A stretch of 56,760 nt of DNA from a virus (Duplodnaviria; Caudoviricetes), in IMG/VR virus record IMGVR_UViG_3300044691_000555, positions 1 to 56,760 of that record. One strand, written 5' to 3'. A program made the translations under genes and the position numbers. Shown piece after piece: positions 36,134 through 45,864 of this stretch (position 1 is its first letter; every line of letters begins with the position of its first letter). The notes beneath the pieces were generated by a model, which did not search any database, was not told where the DNA came from, and saw only the letters and a list, made by a program, of their open reading frames with translations.

Positions 36134-37399
36134 CTACTTCGCCAGCGCTTCGAATTCGAGCGGAAAGAACGACGGATGCTGCAGGCGGTTGCGCGCCACC
36201 AGCCCCGTCGCGCGCGCCGGGTCGGCATAGAGCCGCCATGCCCAATAGAGCGAGGTCTTGACGATGTTGGCGCTGACCTGGATCACCGGCGCCAGATCCA
36301 GCACGGCGCGCGACAGATATTCGATCACCGCATTGCGAAGCGCGATCAGCTGGTGCGCCAGGTCGATGTCGGAGGCCGACAGCCGCTCCAGTTCGCTCTC
36401 GAAATGCTCGGCGACGTTGGCGCGCAAGGTCAGCGCCGCCGGGCGGTCCGGCAGGTCGATCCGCGCCACCGCCTCGGCATAGGCGGTGAACGCGGCCATC
36501 CGCAGCAGCCGGCTGGTGGCCTCCTGGTTCTGAACCTCCGCCAGATTGTTGCGGGTCGGAAACACCGGCGGCGGAATCACCACGTCCTGCGCGGTCAGCA
36601 CCGCGTCGAATTGCTGCACGGCGGCTGCCGCCGGCATCGCATCGCCGAGCGCACGGGCGACCGCGACCAGACGCAACGCCAGATCCTGCGCCGGCGCCAC
36701 CGGCTGGAGCACCGGCGCCGTGACGCCGTCGAAGATGGTCAGCGGCGGCGCGTCGATAATCGTTGGCGCGGCGTCGAAGATGGCCTGGATTTCCTGCCGC
36801 TGGGTGGCGCTCGCCGCCAGGTCGACCGGCGCCGAGATGCGGATGGTTTCCAGCACCGCGGCGTTGTCCTCCAGGCCGGTGACGGCGGCGGCCGACACGA
36901 AGTCGGGCTGGCTCGAGGCCTTCGCCAGCGACTGCAGGAACGTGGTTGCGGCTGTGATCGCCATGTTGTCGGCCGCCACGAACACCAGATTGGCGAGCCC
37001 TGCGACGCTTGCCAGTGCGCCGCTAAAACCCTCGCGGGAGAATTTCAGGCTGTGGCCGATATAGCCGTGCCGGTCCTTGGACCGGTCGCGCTCGAACTCC
37101 AGGCAGCGCACCAGAATCGGCCCGTGGGTCGGCAGCACCAGGATGCCGGGCCCGCGGGTGGCGCAGATCGCCATCACCGCCGAGGCTTCGCCATCGGCGC
37201 TATCGGACGCCACATAGGCGGTGACGGTGTAATGGCGGACGCCCTCGCCGAGATCCTCCAGGTAAGGATCGTCGCGCATCGGGAATTCATGCTCGACGAT
37301 GCGGCGGCTGCCGTTCTCGTCGTCCTTCTCGACCAGGAATGGCACGCCCTTGTAGGACGCGTTCCACAGCGTGTGCAGCCAGTCGCGTGCGGTGGTCAT
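36134..37399 (-). CDS. DNA circularisation protein (Mu gpN-like)
   Basis: 'ASYKGVPF', 'HEFPMRDDPYLEDLG', C-terminal 'RNRLQHPSF'. Confidence 0.88.
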   Translation of the reverse strand: MTTARDWLHTLWNASYKGVPFLVEKDDENGSRRIVEHEFPMRDDPYLEDLGEGVRHYTVTAYVASDSADGEASAVMAICATRGPGILVLPTHGPILVRCLEFERDRSKDRHGYIGHSLKFSREGFSGALASVAGLANLVFVAADNMAITAATTFLQSLAKASSQPDFVSAAAVTGLEDNAAVLETIRISAPVDLAASATQRQEIQAIFDAAPTIIDAPPLTIFDGVTAPVLQPVAPAQDLALRLVAVARALGDAMPAAAAVQQFDAVLTAQDVVIPPPVFPTRNNLAEVQNQEATSRLLRMAAFTAYAEAVARIDLPDRPAALTLRANVAEHFESELERLSASDIDLAHQLIALRNAVIEYLSRAVLDLAPVIQVSANIVKTSLYWAWRLYADPARATGLVARNRLQHPSFFPLEFEALAK

Positions 37400-37400
37400 G

Positions 37401-39941
37401 TCACCAGGCTCCCGTCGAGCCGCCGGTATTGCCGCGCGGCGACGGCGCCGCGGCGTCCGGCGACGATTTGCCGGTCGAGCCCGGGCCGTTCGACTGAATG
37501 CTGCCGGCCAGCGCGATCGCCGCCTCGGCACGTTTGACGACGTCGATCAGCGACGATCCGGCGTTGATATCGATCGCCAGCTTGCCCTCGCCCGTCATCT
37601 GCCCGGAAACGCTGACGCTGGTGGTTTTGTCGCCACCGGTGCCGGTGCCGTAAGTCATGGTCGGCGTCACTTCCGGACCGCCGCCGATCGGATAGCCCCA
37701 ATTCTTGGCGTACATCTCGCGCATCGAGCCGCCGCGCTGCTTTTTCATCCGCTCGCCGCTGGTCATGCCGCTGTAACCGGCATCTTCAACCGACTTGTGC
37801 ATGGCGTAGAGGCCGCCGGCGATGCCGGCCCCGCCGGCGAGCCAGGGCAGTGCCGCAGCGCCGGCAGCCCACAGCCCGCTGCCGCCCGCACCGGCCGCCG
37901 CGCTCGCGGCCGCGCTGGTCGCAGCACCGACAGCCTTGCTGCCACCCAGGGTCGCCGCGGCCGCGGTGAGCGCGGCCGCGGAGGCATCGAGCGCCACCGC
38001 GGAACCGGTCAGCGCGCCGCCGGCCGTGATCAGCTGCATGAACTTGTAGGCGCCGTAGGCTGTGGCACCGATGCCGGCAGCGCCCGCACCGATCGCCCCG
38101 GCGCCCACGGTACGACCGTCGCGCTCCGCCAACCATTGCGTAACGCGGGCACCCAAATCCGTTGCAGACGTAAGCGGCCCACCCTTACCGTCAGTGTCGA
38201 AAGAGCGACCGACCGCAGTTTCGAGGTTCTTGATCGCGCCCTCGAACCGGCTCACCGCGCCGTCGAACCCTGCCATGCGCTCGGTGGCGATCTTGCCGGC
38301 AAAACCTTCGGAACTGCCTTCGATTTCGCCGATGATCTTCTTCAGCGTATCGCTGTCGCCGAGCGCGGTCGCGATCCGGCCGCCCTGCTTGGCGCCGAAC
38401 AGCTTGTTGGCCAGCGGCAGATTATTGGCGAGTTTTGGCAGCAGGTCCTTGATCATGGCATTGGCATCGACCGAATTGACCGAGCTGTCGCGGTAGCGGC
38501 CGGCAGCGCCGGCGATGCTCTTCAGGCTCTTGGCATCGCTGCCGCCGAGCGTCTCGCGCAGCATCGCGGTCACCGCCGGGTTGAATTTAGCCGGATCGGA
38601 AATCATCGCCTTGTCGCCGAAGATCTTGCCGAGCCCGCCGCGGCTCTTCTTGTCGAGATTGACGCCGTAGCGGGCGGCGACGTCGGCGGCGAACGGATCG
38701 ACGTCGAGACTGTCGCGGGTGGTCTGGTAGTTCTTGTAATTGAGTCCGTTGGCGAGCATCGCGGTCTTGCCGCCGGCGGTCGGCGACTGGATCGTCGACA
38801 TCAGCGCACGGAACGCGACGCCGGCTTCGTCGCCGCCGATATTGGCCTTCTTCAGCACGCCGCCGAATCCCAATAGCGACGCCTCGCTGACGCCGCCCAT
38901 CCGCGCCGGGGTGGCGCCGAACTTGTATAGCTGGGTGATGTCTTCCGGGGTCATGCCCGACAATTTGGCGGCCTTGACCTGGTAGTCGGCGGTCTGCTTG
39001 GCCGACGCCATCGACGACGCCAGATCGGAGATGTTCTTCTTGAAGCCGAACATCGCGCCTTCCATCTGCTTGACCGCATCCGGAAGCTTCAGGTCCATCG
39101 CCATGCCGAGATCGCCGGCCGGCTTCATCATGCCGATGATCTGATCTTTCTTCAGTCCACGGGCGGCGAGCTCGCGCTGCGCCTCCAGCACCTGGATGTC
39201 GTTGAATTTGGTGGTCGCCCCCATATGAATCGCCTGATCCACCAGCGGCCGCTGCTCTTCGTCGGACAGGCCCATCACCGCCTTGCCGAAACGCCGCTCC
39301 TTGTCGAATTCGCGGTAGGTGCGCAACGTCGCTCTGGCGGCGTGTGCAACTGCATGGCCGGCAAAACCGCCTACCGCCACCGCTGCGGTGCCCAAGGCAA
39401 TCCGTCGGTTCTCCCGCCGCACTTGCGAGCGTTCGTGGATCTGCTGCGCCTTCTCATGTTTGTCCAGCGCCGTGCTGGTCTGCTCGATCGCTGAGCGCAG
39501 CCGGGTCTGGTGCGCGGCCGCCTGCTTGACGTTGACGCCCATGCCCTCGATCGCGCGCTTGTTCGAGAGCGCGGCATCCTTCTGCATCTCATAGGCGCGC
39601 GCGGTGCGGCGGACGGCGTCCTGCGCCCGCTTCATGTCCTGTTCCATCTGCCGGGTCGGGGCCGACGTCGCCGCCATCGCCCGCGCCATGCCCTGGACGG
39701 CGGTTTGGGCCTCGCGAAAGCGCTGCCGCGACTTCGCCAGTTCGCCGCGCGACATGTCGAACTTGTCGATCGCCGCCATCTGGGTGCGGGCGCGATCAAG
39801 CGACTTTGCCAGGGCGTCGACCGCCTTCGACGTCTTCGCCGACTTCGCCAGGCCGTCGATCTTCTTGGCGATCTTGTCGAAGACGCCGCCGGTGCGGTCT
39901 TCGGCACTGATGACCGCTTTGGCTTCGATGATTTTGGCCAT
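37401..39941 (-). CDS. Tape measure protein
   Basis: 846 aa, Ala-rich helical; TP901-like core; follows chaperone. Confidence 0.9.
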   Translation of the reverse strand: MAKIIEAKAVISAEDRTGGVFDKIAKKIDGLAKSAKTSKAVDALAKSLDRARTQMAAIDKFDMSRGELAKSRQRFREAQTAVQGMARAMAATSAPTRQMEQDMKRAQDAVRRTARAYEMQKDAALSNKRAIEGMGVNVKQAAAHQTRLRSAIEQTSTALDKHEKAQQIHERSQVRRENRRIALGTAAVAVGGFAGHAVAHAARATLRTYREFDKERRFGKAVMGLSDEEQRPLVDQAIHMGATTKFNDIQVLEAQRELAARGLKKDQIIGMMKPAGDLGMAMDLKLPDAVKQMEGAMFGFKKNISDLASSMASAKQTADYQVKAAKLSGMTPEDITQLYKFGATPARMGGVSEASLLGFGGVLKKANIGGDEAGVAFRALMSTIQSPTAGGKTAMLANGLNYKNYQTTRDSLDVDPFAADVAARYGVNLDKKSRGGLGKIFGDKAMISDPAKFNPAVTAMLRETLGGSDAKSLKSIAGAAGRYRDSSVNSVDANAMIKDLLPKLANNLPLANKLFGAKQGGRIATALGDSDTLKKIIGEIEGSSEGFAGKIATERMAGFDGAVSRFEGAIKNLETAVGRSFDTDGKGGPLTSATDLGARVTQWLAERDGRTVGAGAIGAGAAGIGATAYGAYKFMQLITAGGALTGSAVALDASAAALTAAAATLGGSKAVGAATSAAASAAAGAGGSGLWAAGAAALPWLAGGAGIAGGLYAMHKSVEDAGYSGMTSGERMKKQRGGSMREMYAKNWGYPIGGGPEVTPTMTYGTGTGGDKTTSVSVSGQMTGEGKLAIDINAGSSLIDVVKRAEAAIALAGSIQSNGPGSTGKSSPDAAAPSPRGNTGGSTGAW

Positions 39942-39997
39942 CGGCTATTTTTTCCACATCTTCATGCGCCAGTGCCAGTACAACACCTCGGACAGTG

Positions 39998-40387
39998 TCA
40001 GCTTGCCGATGTCGTGGAAGCTGTTGGAGCCGTATCCGCCGAAGGCGAGGTCGTCTCCGAGATCGCGGAGAGTTTCTTGTCTTCTTCCTCTTCGGCGGAC
40101 TGGAAAAAACCCAGCATCCGGTTCTTGACCTCCCGCGCCACCGCAGCACCCGCCTGCAGCAGCGTCGCCGGATCCTTCGGCTCGACCAGGCACAGGTTGA
40201 TGTAGCGCTTGATGACCTCGGCGTTTTCGACGCTGAACAGCGCGCCGCCCTCGGTGCTGGCGATGGTGTAGGGATCGCCGTGGTCGAGGTATTCGGTATA
40301 GGTCGGCTCGCGCAGCACGATCTGGAACACCTTGCCGTGCGGCGATTCCAGCGGCTTCTTCAGCTTGATGGTTTCGATTTCCGGCAT
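39998..40387 (-). CDS. Tail assembly chaperone with probable -1 frameshift extension to 39945
   Basis: Between tube and tape measure; slippery G GGT TTT TTC. Confidence 0.75.
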   Translation of the reverse strand: MPEIETIKLKKPLESPHGKVFQIVLREPTYTEYLDHGDPYTIASTEGGALFSVENAEVIKRYINLCLVEPKDPATLLQAGAAVAREVKNRMLGFFQSAEEEEDKKLSAISETTSPSADTAPTASTTSAS

Positions 40388-40390
40388 GGT

Positions 40391-40777
40391 TTACCCCGTG
40401 ATGGTCTTGTAGCTGTCGGCGGCGAGGCCAAGCCCGGAGATCTCGCCGGTGGACGTGTCCATCTGCGGCTTGCCGGTGAAAAAGCCGCCGGACATGATGT
40501 GGGTCAGGTTGGTGTCCTGCTCGATGAAGGTGATGCCGAGATTGACCTGCAGCATGATGTTCTCCGCCCATTTCAGCGGCTCGCCGTTGTTGTCGACGAA
40601 GCGGTCGAAGGTGATTTCGGCCGTGCGTGCCTTGGGCGCGACGGTGCGGTACAGGCTGGCGTCCTGGTTGACGCCGGCATTGACCTCGATGTTGGACGGA
40701 TCGAGCGTGATGATGCCGCGGGCGGAATAGGCCACGCCGCCGATGACCGTCGAAACACGGCCGCCTGAAGTGTGCAT
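40391..40777 (-). CDS. Tail tube protein (Mu gpM-like)
   Basis: 128 aa, immediately after sheath. Confidence 0.75.
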   Translation of the reverse strand: MHTSGGRVSTVIGGVAYSARGIITLDPSNIEVNAGVNQDASLYRTVAPKARTAEITFDRFVDNNGEPLKWAENIMLQVNLGITFIEQDTNLTHIMSGGFFTGKPQMDTSTGEISGLGLAADSYKTITG

Positions 40778-40890
40778 GGGAAAGACCTTTCGGTTAAGTC
40801 AGGGAAGGAAACGGGGACCGGTGCTTGCGGCCGCACGCGCTGGCGACGACGAAGGCGTCGCGCCAGTCGCGCTGGCCATAAAGCTTCGCT

Positions 40891-42399
40891 TTAGGCCGGG
40901 AACTGCAGGAACGTGGTGGCGTTGGCGGCGAAGACGCGGAACTGGTTGACGACGTCGACCGGCAGATAGGCGTTGACCCGGTTCGGATCGCTGGAGCGTT
41001 CGACCACCAGCGAGCGCGCGAACAGGTCGGAGTTTTCCACCAGCCCGCCGGTTTCCAGTTCGGTGTAGATGTGGATGCACTCGGCTTTGAGGATTTTCGC
41101 GGTGACGATCGCCGGCTGGCCGGTCGGATTGTCGTCGGCGAGCGCGCAGCGGCCGTACTTCTGGGTGATGCGCTGGCGGTTGTAGCGCACGAAATAGACC
41201 ATCTGCAGCCGGGTTTCGATGTCGAGCCATGTGATGTCCGGCTGCGAATACGAGTTGAGCTGGTAGGTGGTGACGACGCGGTCCAGCATCACGGTGCCGT
41301 CGGTCTGCACCTTGAAGCCGGCGATGCCGTCCTGGTACAGCGTGTTGCGCTGCGTGATGTTGAACCAGTTCACCCGGGACTGCGGCGGCTTGATGCCGAC
41401 CAGATCGAGCGTCTGCACCGGAACGCTGATGCGATAGGCCTGGTCGACCTCGCCGCCGAGGTTCTTGTCGCCGGCGATCCGCGCGCCGTAGGACGCGGCC
41501 CAGCGCCACGGCGACGACGGACTGTCGACCACGCCGAGGATCGAGACGTTGGGATCGTTGCGGCCGGTGCCGAACGCGGCGAGGTTGGCGAAACTGTCGA
41601 ACATCACGGTCAGGTAATGACCATAGATCTGCTGGATCGGCGACCAGCGTCCCGAGGTGCCCCCCAAAAAGTCCTTGATGACGTCGAGCGAGGTGGTGTC
41701 GGCATAGGGCGAGCAGATGTAGTCGAACTCCTGGTCGCCGAGCGCCGCAAGTCCCGCGCCGAGCGTCGGGGCGCCGGTGCCGGCGGTGCCGGCCGCGATG
41801 GTGAGGTAGGTCTGCAGCGGGCCTTCGTCGCCGACCAGGTCCTTGAGGATCGACTGCTTGGCGGCCAGCGCGCCGGCATTGCGCGCGGTCAGCGTCACGA
41901 CGTTGGTCGCGACCGAGGCGATCACCGGGAAGGACAGCGTGCGGCCGAACTTGACATAGCCGAGGTTGATCGCGGCCGACAGGTTGGTGGCGACGTTGGC
42001 ATTGGTGTCGGCCGGCGCGACGCCGATCGAGACTTTCTCGCCGCCGATATAGGCCGACAGCGTGCCGTTCGAGCCGAGAATGCCGGAGGCGATGGTCAAA
42101 GTGTGGGTCTGGATGGCGCCGCCGCCATCGGCCAGCGGCAACATCCAGATCTCGCCGAACGGATTGTTTTGTCTTGCCCAGATCGCCATTTCCGACAGCA
42201 TCGAGCCCGACCCCATCTGCGGCTGCGGATCGCCGGAGAGGATCACCGGCACGTTGGCGGCGGCGCTGCCGGCGGCGGTCTTCTGACCGATCAGCAGCGT
42301 CCGCGACGGGCCGGAGAACGGCGACTGGCCGGCATTGACTTCGGCATAGAACAAGGGAACGCGAAGGTTGGCAGGAATATTCTGGAAGGCCACGGGCAT
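40891..42399 (-). CDS. Tail sheath protein (Mu gpL-like)
   Basis: 'IPANLRVPLFYAE', 'VTTYQ.N', 'DPNRVN'. Confidence 0.93.
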   Translation of the reverse strand: MPVAFQNIPANLRVPLFYAEVNAGQSPFSGPSRTLLIGQKTAAGSAAANVPVILSGDPQPQMGSGSMLSEMAIWARQNNPFGEIWMLPLADGGGAIQTHTLTIASGILGSNGTLSAYIGGEKVSIGVAPADTNANVATNLSAAINLGYVKFGRTLSFPVIASVATNVVTLTARNAGALAAKQSILKDLVGDEGPLQTYLTIAAGTAGTGAPTLGAGLAALGDQEFDYICSPYADTTSLDVIKDFLGGTSGRWSPIQQIYGHYLTVMFDSFANLAAFGTGRNDPNVSILGVVDSPSSPWRWAASYGARIAGDKNLGGEVDQAYRISVPVQTLDLVGIKPPQSRVNWFNITQRNTLYQDGIAGFKVQTDGTVMLDRVVTTYQLNSYSQPDITWLDIETRLQMVYFVRYNRQRITQKYGRCALADDNPTGQPAIVTAKILKAECIHIYTELETGGLVENSDLFARSLVVERSSDPNRVNAYLPVDVVNQFRVFAANATTFLQFPA

Positions 42400-42402
42400 C
42401 GG

Positions 42403-42693
42403 TTATTTCTCCTTCGGGGATCGCGGCGACTTGTCCGCAGCGGGCGTTTCGGGCGAGACGGGTGAGACTTCGACGGCGGAATCTTCGGCAGCGGATTGCG
42501 CGCGGGCTTGCCCCGCCGAAGCCTCTTCGGCGGAGGCGGGCGGCTCGCATTCGATGACGTCGCCGCCAATCAAAAGCCGCTCGTAATAGTCGATGCGAGG
42601 CACCCAGGCGCCGGCGGCGTCCATCGGAATGAAATTGCGCTCGGGCATGCGGACCCGGCCGCCAGGCGACGGCTTGACGTAAATGTGCGGCAT
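42403..42693 (-). CDS. DUF2635-like (Mu gp38-like) protein
   Basis: 'VKP..G.RVRMPE...YYERLL..GDV'; directly before sheath. Confidence 0.7.
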   Translation of the reverse strand: MPHIYVKPSPGGRVRMPERNFIPMDAAGAWVPRIDYYERLLIGGDVIECEPPASAEEASAGQARAQSAAEDSAVEVSPVSPETPAADKSPRSPKEK

Positions 42694-42703
42694 GGATTTT
42701 CCT

Positions 42704-44059
42704 TCAGATGAACAAGGCGCCGGGCTCAACGCGTGGCGGCGGCGCGACCGTTTGGAAACTGGCACTCGCGACAAGCGAGCCGAGAACAACATTTGCGACT
42801 GCAGCGACCGAAACCGTCGCCGTGGCAGCTGCGGTCAGCGATCCCAGAAGCGAATTTCCGGAACCGGCGATCTGGTTTTGCGCCTGCGATGCAGACGTCA
42901 GGCCTCCCAGTATCGCTGACAGCGACGCCTGAACCTTGACAGTCGTTGTCGATAGCGACGTCAGCGCGCCAAGCGTGGCCGTCAGGGACACCTGAACCTT
43001 TACGGCAGCCGTCGCCGTCGACGTCAGCGCGCCCAGCGTCCCGGCGCCGGTTGCCTGTACTCCAACCGCTGCCGCGGCGTTGCTTGTGAGGGCGCCCAGC
43101 GTCGCAGCAAGCGACGCCTGCACCGTCACGGCGCCCGCGGCCGACGAAGTGAGCGCCCCCAGCGTGACCGCGCTGGCGGCCGCGACAGGGTCGCTGACGG
43201 CCGCGCTCGCGGTCAGGGCGCCAAGGGTTGCCGATACGACCGCCGCGACCTTCACCGAGGCGGCCGCGGTCGCCGTGAGCGCGCCCAGCGTAATCGATGC
43301 CGTCGCGCTGATCGGCAGCAACAACGGCGTATAGGTGATGACGATCAGGCCGTCGGCGCCAAACGCGCCGACCTTGCCAAGTCGCGGCCCGCCGACACCA
43401 CCGCCGTACTTACCGGCTGCGGGTGTCCCCGCGGCATTTCCGGCCCCGCCACCGCCGCCCCATCCGTGCGTAGCGTCGTATTCGGTCCCGTTGCCGCCAG
43501 CCACGGCGAGGGCGCCGCCCGCGCCCCCGAAACCTGCATCACCAGAACCGCCAGTGGTGCCGGCGGCGTTGTTACCGTTGCCGTGGGCTCCCGCCGCGCC
43601 GCCGCCGGCGCCGGCCGAAGCGCCAGAAGTATTGCTGCCGTTGCCGCCCGAGAATTTTACGGTGCCGATGCCGGCCGCCGCGGCACCGCCGGCCTTGCCA
43701 GCTGTAATAGCCGTGACGCCGTCATTGCCAAGGCCGCCCTTGGCGGCGACGGTCGAAGCGCCGAACGTGGCCGCGCCGAACCACGTATCGCCGCCATCAA
43801 ACGGGGCCGCGGCATGTCCGCCGCCGACGCCGACCACGAAAGAAACCGAAGCGCCCGGCGTCAGCGTGACGTTGCTGACGGATGAGTAAGCGCACCCGCC
43901 CGCTCCACCAAGCGGGCCGACAAAGGCGACAGTGTCGTCCGCCGTGCCGCCGCCGGCGCTACCGACTTCGATCGTATTCGCGCTGCTGTCCCAATCCGCC
44001 GGGACCGTCCAAGGCGACGACGAATTCTTGTCGAGAAAAATTACAACGGGCGTCGGCAT
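42704..44059 (-). CDS. Gly-rich virion fibre-like protein with 21-aa repeats
   Basis: Gly-rich N-domain; about 9 'TLGALT' repeats. Confidence 0.7.
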   Translation of the reverse strand: MPTPVVIFLDKNSSSPWTVPADWDSSANTIEVGSAGGGTADDTVAFVGPLGGAGGCAYSSVSNVTLTPGASVSFVVGVGGGHAAAPFDGGDTWFGAATFGASTVAAKGGLGNDGVTAITAGKAGGAAAAGIGTVKFSGGNGSNTSGASAGAGGGAAGAHGNGNNAAGTTGGSGDAGFGGAGGALAVAGGNGTEYDATHGWGGGGGAGNAAGTPAAGKYGGGVGGPRLGKVGAFGADGLIVITYTPLLLPISATASITLGALTATAAASVKVAAVVSATLGALTASAAVSDPVAAASAVTLGALTSSAAGAVTVQASLAATLGALTSNAAAAVGVQATGAGTLGALTSTATAAVKVQVSLTATLGALTSLSTTTVKVQASLSAILGGLTSASQAQNQIAGSGNSLLGSLTAAATATVSVAAVANVVLGSLVASASFQTVAPPPRVEPGALFI

Positions 44060-44099
44060 GGATGGTCAGCCTTTCGCGCGCCCGTTGCCGGCGGCGTCG

Positions 44100-44669
44100 T
44101 TAAGCGTTGGCGGCGGTCAGGGTGAAGCTCGACACCGTGACGGTTTGTCCGACAGCGATCGACGGATTGTCGACCGTCATGTCGCCAATCGCCGACACAT
44201 AATTCCACACCGCCGTGCCGTCGGTGATGCCGCTGCCGGTACCGGTCGGGCCGCCCGACGACGCCGTCGTGCCGGCGGTCGTCGCGATGTAGACGTTGCC
44301 GCCGTTCAGGGCGCGCTGCCCGAGAACAACCGCTGTGCTCGCCACCCATGCCGCGGCGGAATAGCTGATCGTTCCCTGCTTGTGGCAGGTCGTTCCGGCG
44401 TTATCGACGATCCTGAAATGTCCGGCCGTTCCTCCGGCGAGGCCTGTCCCGGTGATCGGCGTGTTGTTGAAGGACTTTGATCCGCCGGAAGCGTTCGCAG
44501 CCCAGTCGCTCGCCAGCGTGTCCTCGACCAGCTTGGTGCCGGTCGCAGCGGCGGCACACGACGCGGGAGGCGCGCCGGACCACATCTGAAGCTTGGGCGA
44601 CACCCCGATCGCGGTTTCGATGGCGTCAAGCTCCGCATTGCGAACAGTGACCGAAAGTTGAACAGCCAT
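44100..44669 (-). CDS. Virion structural protein with carbohydrate-binding-like insert
   Basis: 'GTAGHFRIVD' core; insert 'WVASTAV..G.....GNVYIATTAGT...DGTAVW'. Confidence 0.65.
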   Translation of the reverse strand: MAVQLSVTVRNAELDAIETAIGVSPKLQMWSGAPPASCAAAATGTKLVEDTLASDWAANASGGSKSFNNTPITGTGLAGGTAGHFRIVDNAGTTCHKQGTISYSAAAWVASTAVVLGQRALNGGNVYIATTAGTTASSGGPTGTGSGITDGTAVWNYVSAIGDMTVDNPSIAVGQTVTVSSFTLTAANA

Positions 44670-44688
44670 AGTGAAGGTCTCCTTGAAA

Positions 44689-45780
44689 TTAAGCTGGTGG
44701 CTTGTAGTTCTGACCGGCGATATTGCCGAAGATTTCCGCACCGGCACTGCCGGAGACGAGAACGAGAAGATCGATGCTGCCTGCACCGACCGTGATCGTC
44801 GGCGCAGACCCGCCGACCCACTCGGTGCCGGCGGGCCATGCGGCGGCCGCGATGAAGTAGCTTCCGGTATTCGTCACCTTGAGGATCACGCGTCCGGTCT
44901 TTGAGTTTCGCGGCCAGTTGATGATCGACAGCGCCGTGACGTTCGCGGCCAGGATCAGGTTCTGGAACGTGCCCTTGGCATAGTCGATGACGACAGAACC
45001 GCCGCCGGCGACAATCTGCGGCGTATCCATCGCGCTTCGAATTTCGGTGCTGACGTCAAACATGTCGTTCGGATCCTCGGTGATGCTTGCGATCGTGAAA
45101 TCGATGCCCTCCAGCGGCGGCAGCTCCAGGGTGACGATCGCGCCGGCCAGCGCGGTGCAGATGTCCAGCTCCGACGATCCCGCCGGCATCGCCTTCGCCA
45201 CCCGCTTCAGCGGCTCCGGGAACAGATCGAAGCCGGATGGGGCATCATTCGCGGTGTTGTAGACGATCACCTGGTCGTCATTGACTTCGCAGGTCAGGGT
45301 CAGGATCCGGCAGGCGATCTTGACCCCGGTATCGTCGAGCACCTGGCGGTGGCAATCATGCTTGCGGATCCGCACAAAGGTCCGGAACAGCACCGGCAGC
45401 GGATCGGGATCGTAGGACAGCCGCCGAATCACCTGGAATTCGAGCAGATCGAGCGACGCCTCCAGCCGCTTGTCGGTGTCGGGATAGCCGACCACGTAGT
45501 CGTCGCCGTCCTGGATCGCCGCCACCATGCCGAGTTCGATCACGAGCTCGATCAGCCGGTGAAACGGCGCCCCGCCATTCTGCTGCGACAGCGCCTCGCC
45601 TTCATCGCCATCGGTCAGGATGATGCCGGTCGCCTTGGCGTCGTCGCCATAGGTTTCCGGCGCGAGGTCGGCAATCCGTGAGTCATAAAAACGGCCCTGC
45701 GCGATCGTCGGCCGCGCCTCCGCCGAGCCTTTCAGGGCGGCCGAGACACAAAGGCGCAGCGCGGTGCGAGCAAGGGTCAT
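44689..45780 (-). CDS. Neck/tail-completion protein with extra C-terminal beta domain
   Basis: Position between head and tail genes; two-part composition. Confidence 0.55.
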   Translation of the reverse strand: MTLARTALRLCVSAALKGSAEARPTIAQGRFYDSRIADLAPETYGDDAKATGIILTDGDEGEALSQQNGGAPFHRLIELVIELGMVAAIQDGDDYVVGYPDTDKRLEASLDLLEFQVIRRLSYDPDPLPVLFRTFVRIRKHDCHRQVLDDTGVKIACRILTLTCEVNDDQVIVYNTANDAPSGFDLFPEPLKRVAKAMPAGSSELDICTALAGAIVTLELPPLEGIDFTIASITEDPNDMFDVSTEIRSAMDTPQIVAGGGSVVIDYAKGTFQNLILAANVTALSIINWPRNSKTGRVILKVTNTGSYFIAAAAWPAGTEWVGGSAPTITVGAGSIDLLVLVSGSAGAEIFGNIAGQNYKPPA

Positions 45781-45864
45781 CGGTTTGGGTCAAGGCCTTT
45801 GGAGTACCCTCTCCTGCTTACGGAGAGACGGTGGTGGGGGAAGTGAACGATCACCCAGCGAAGG

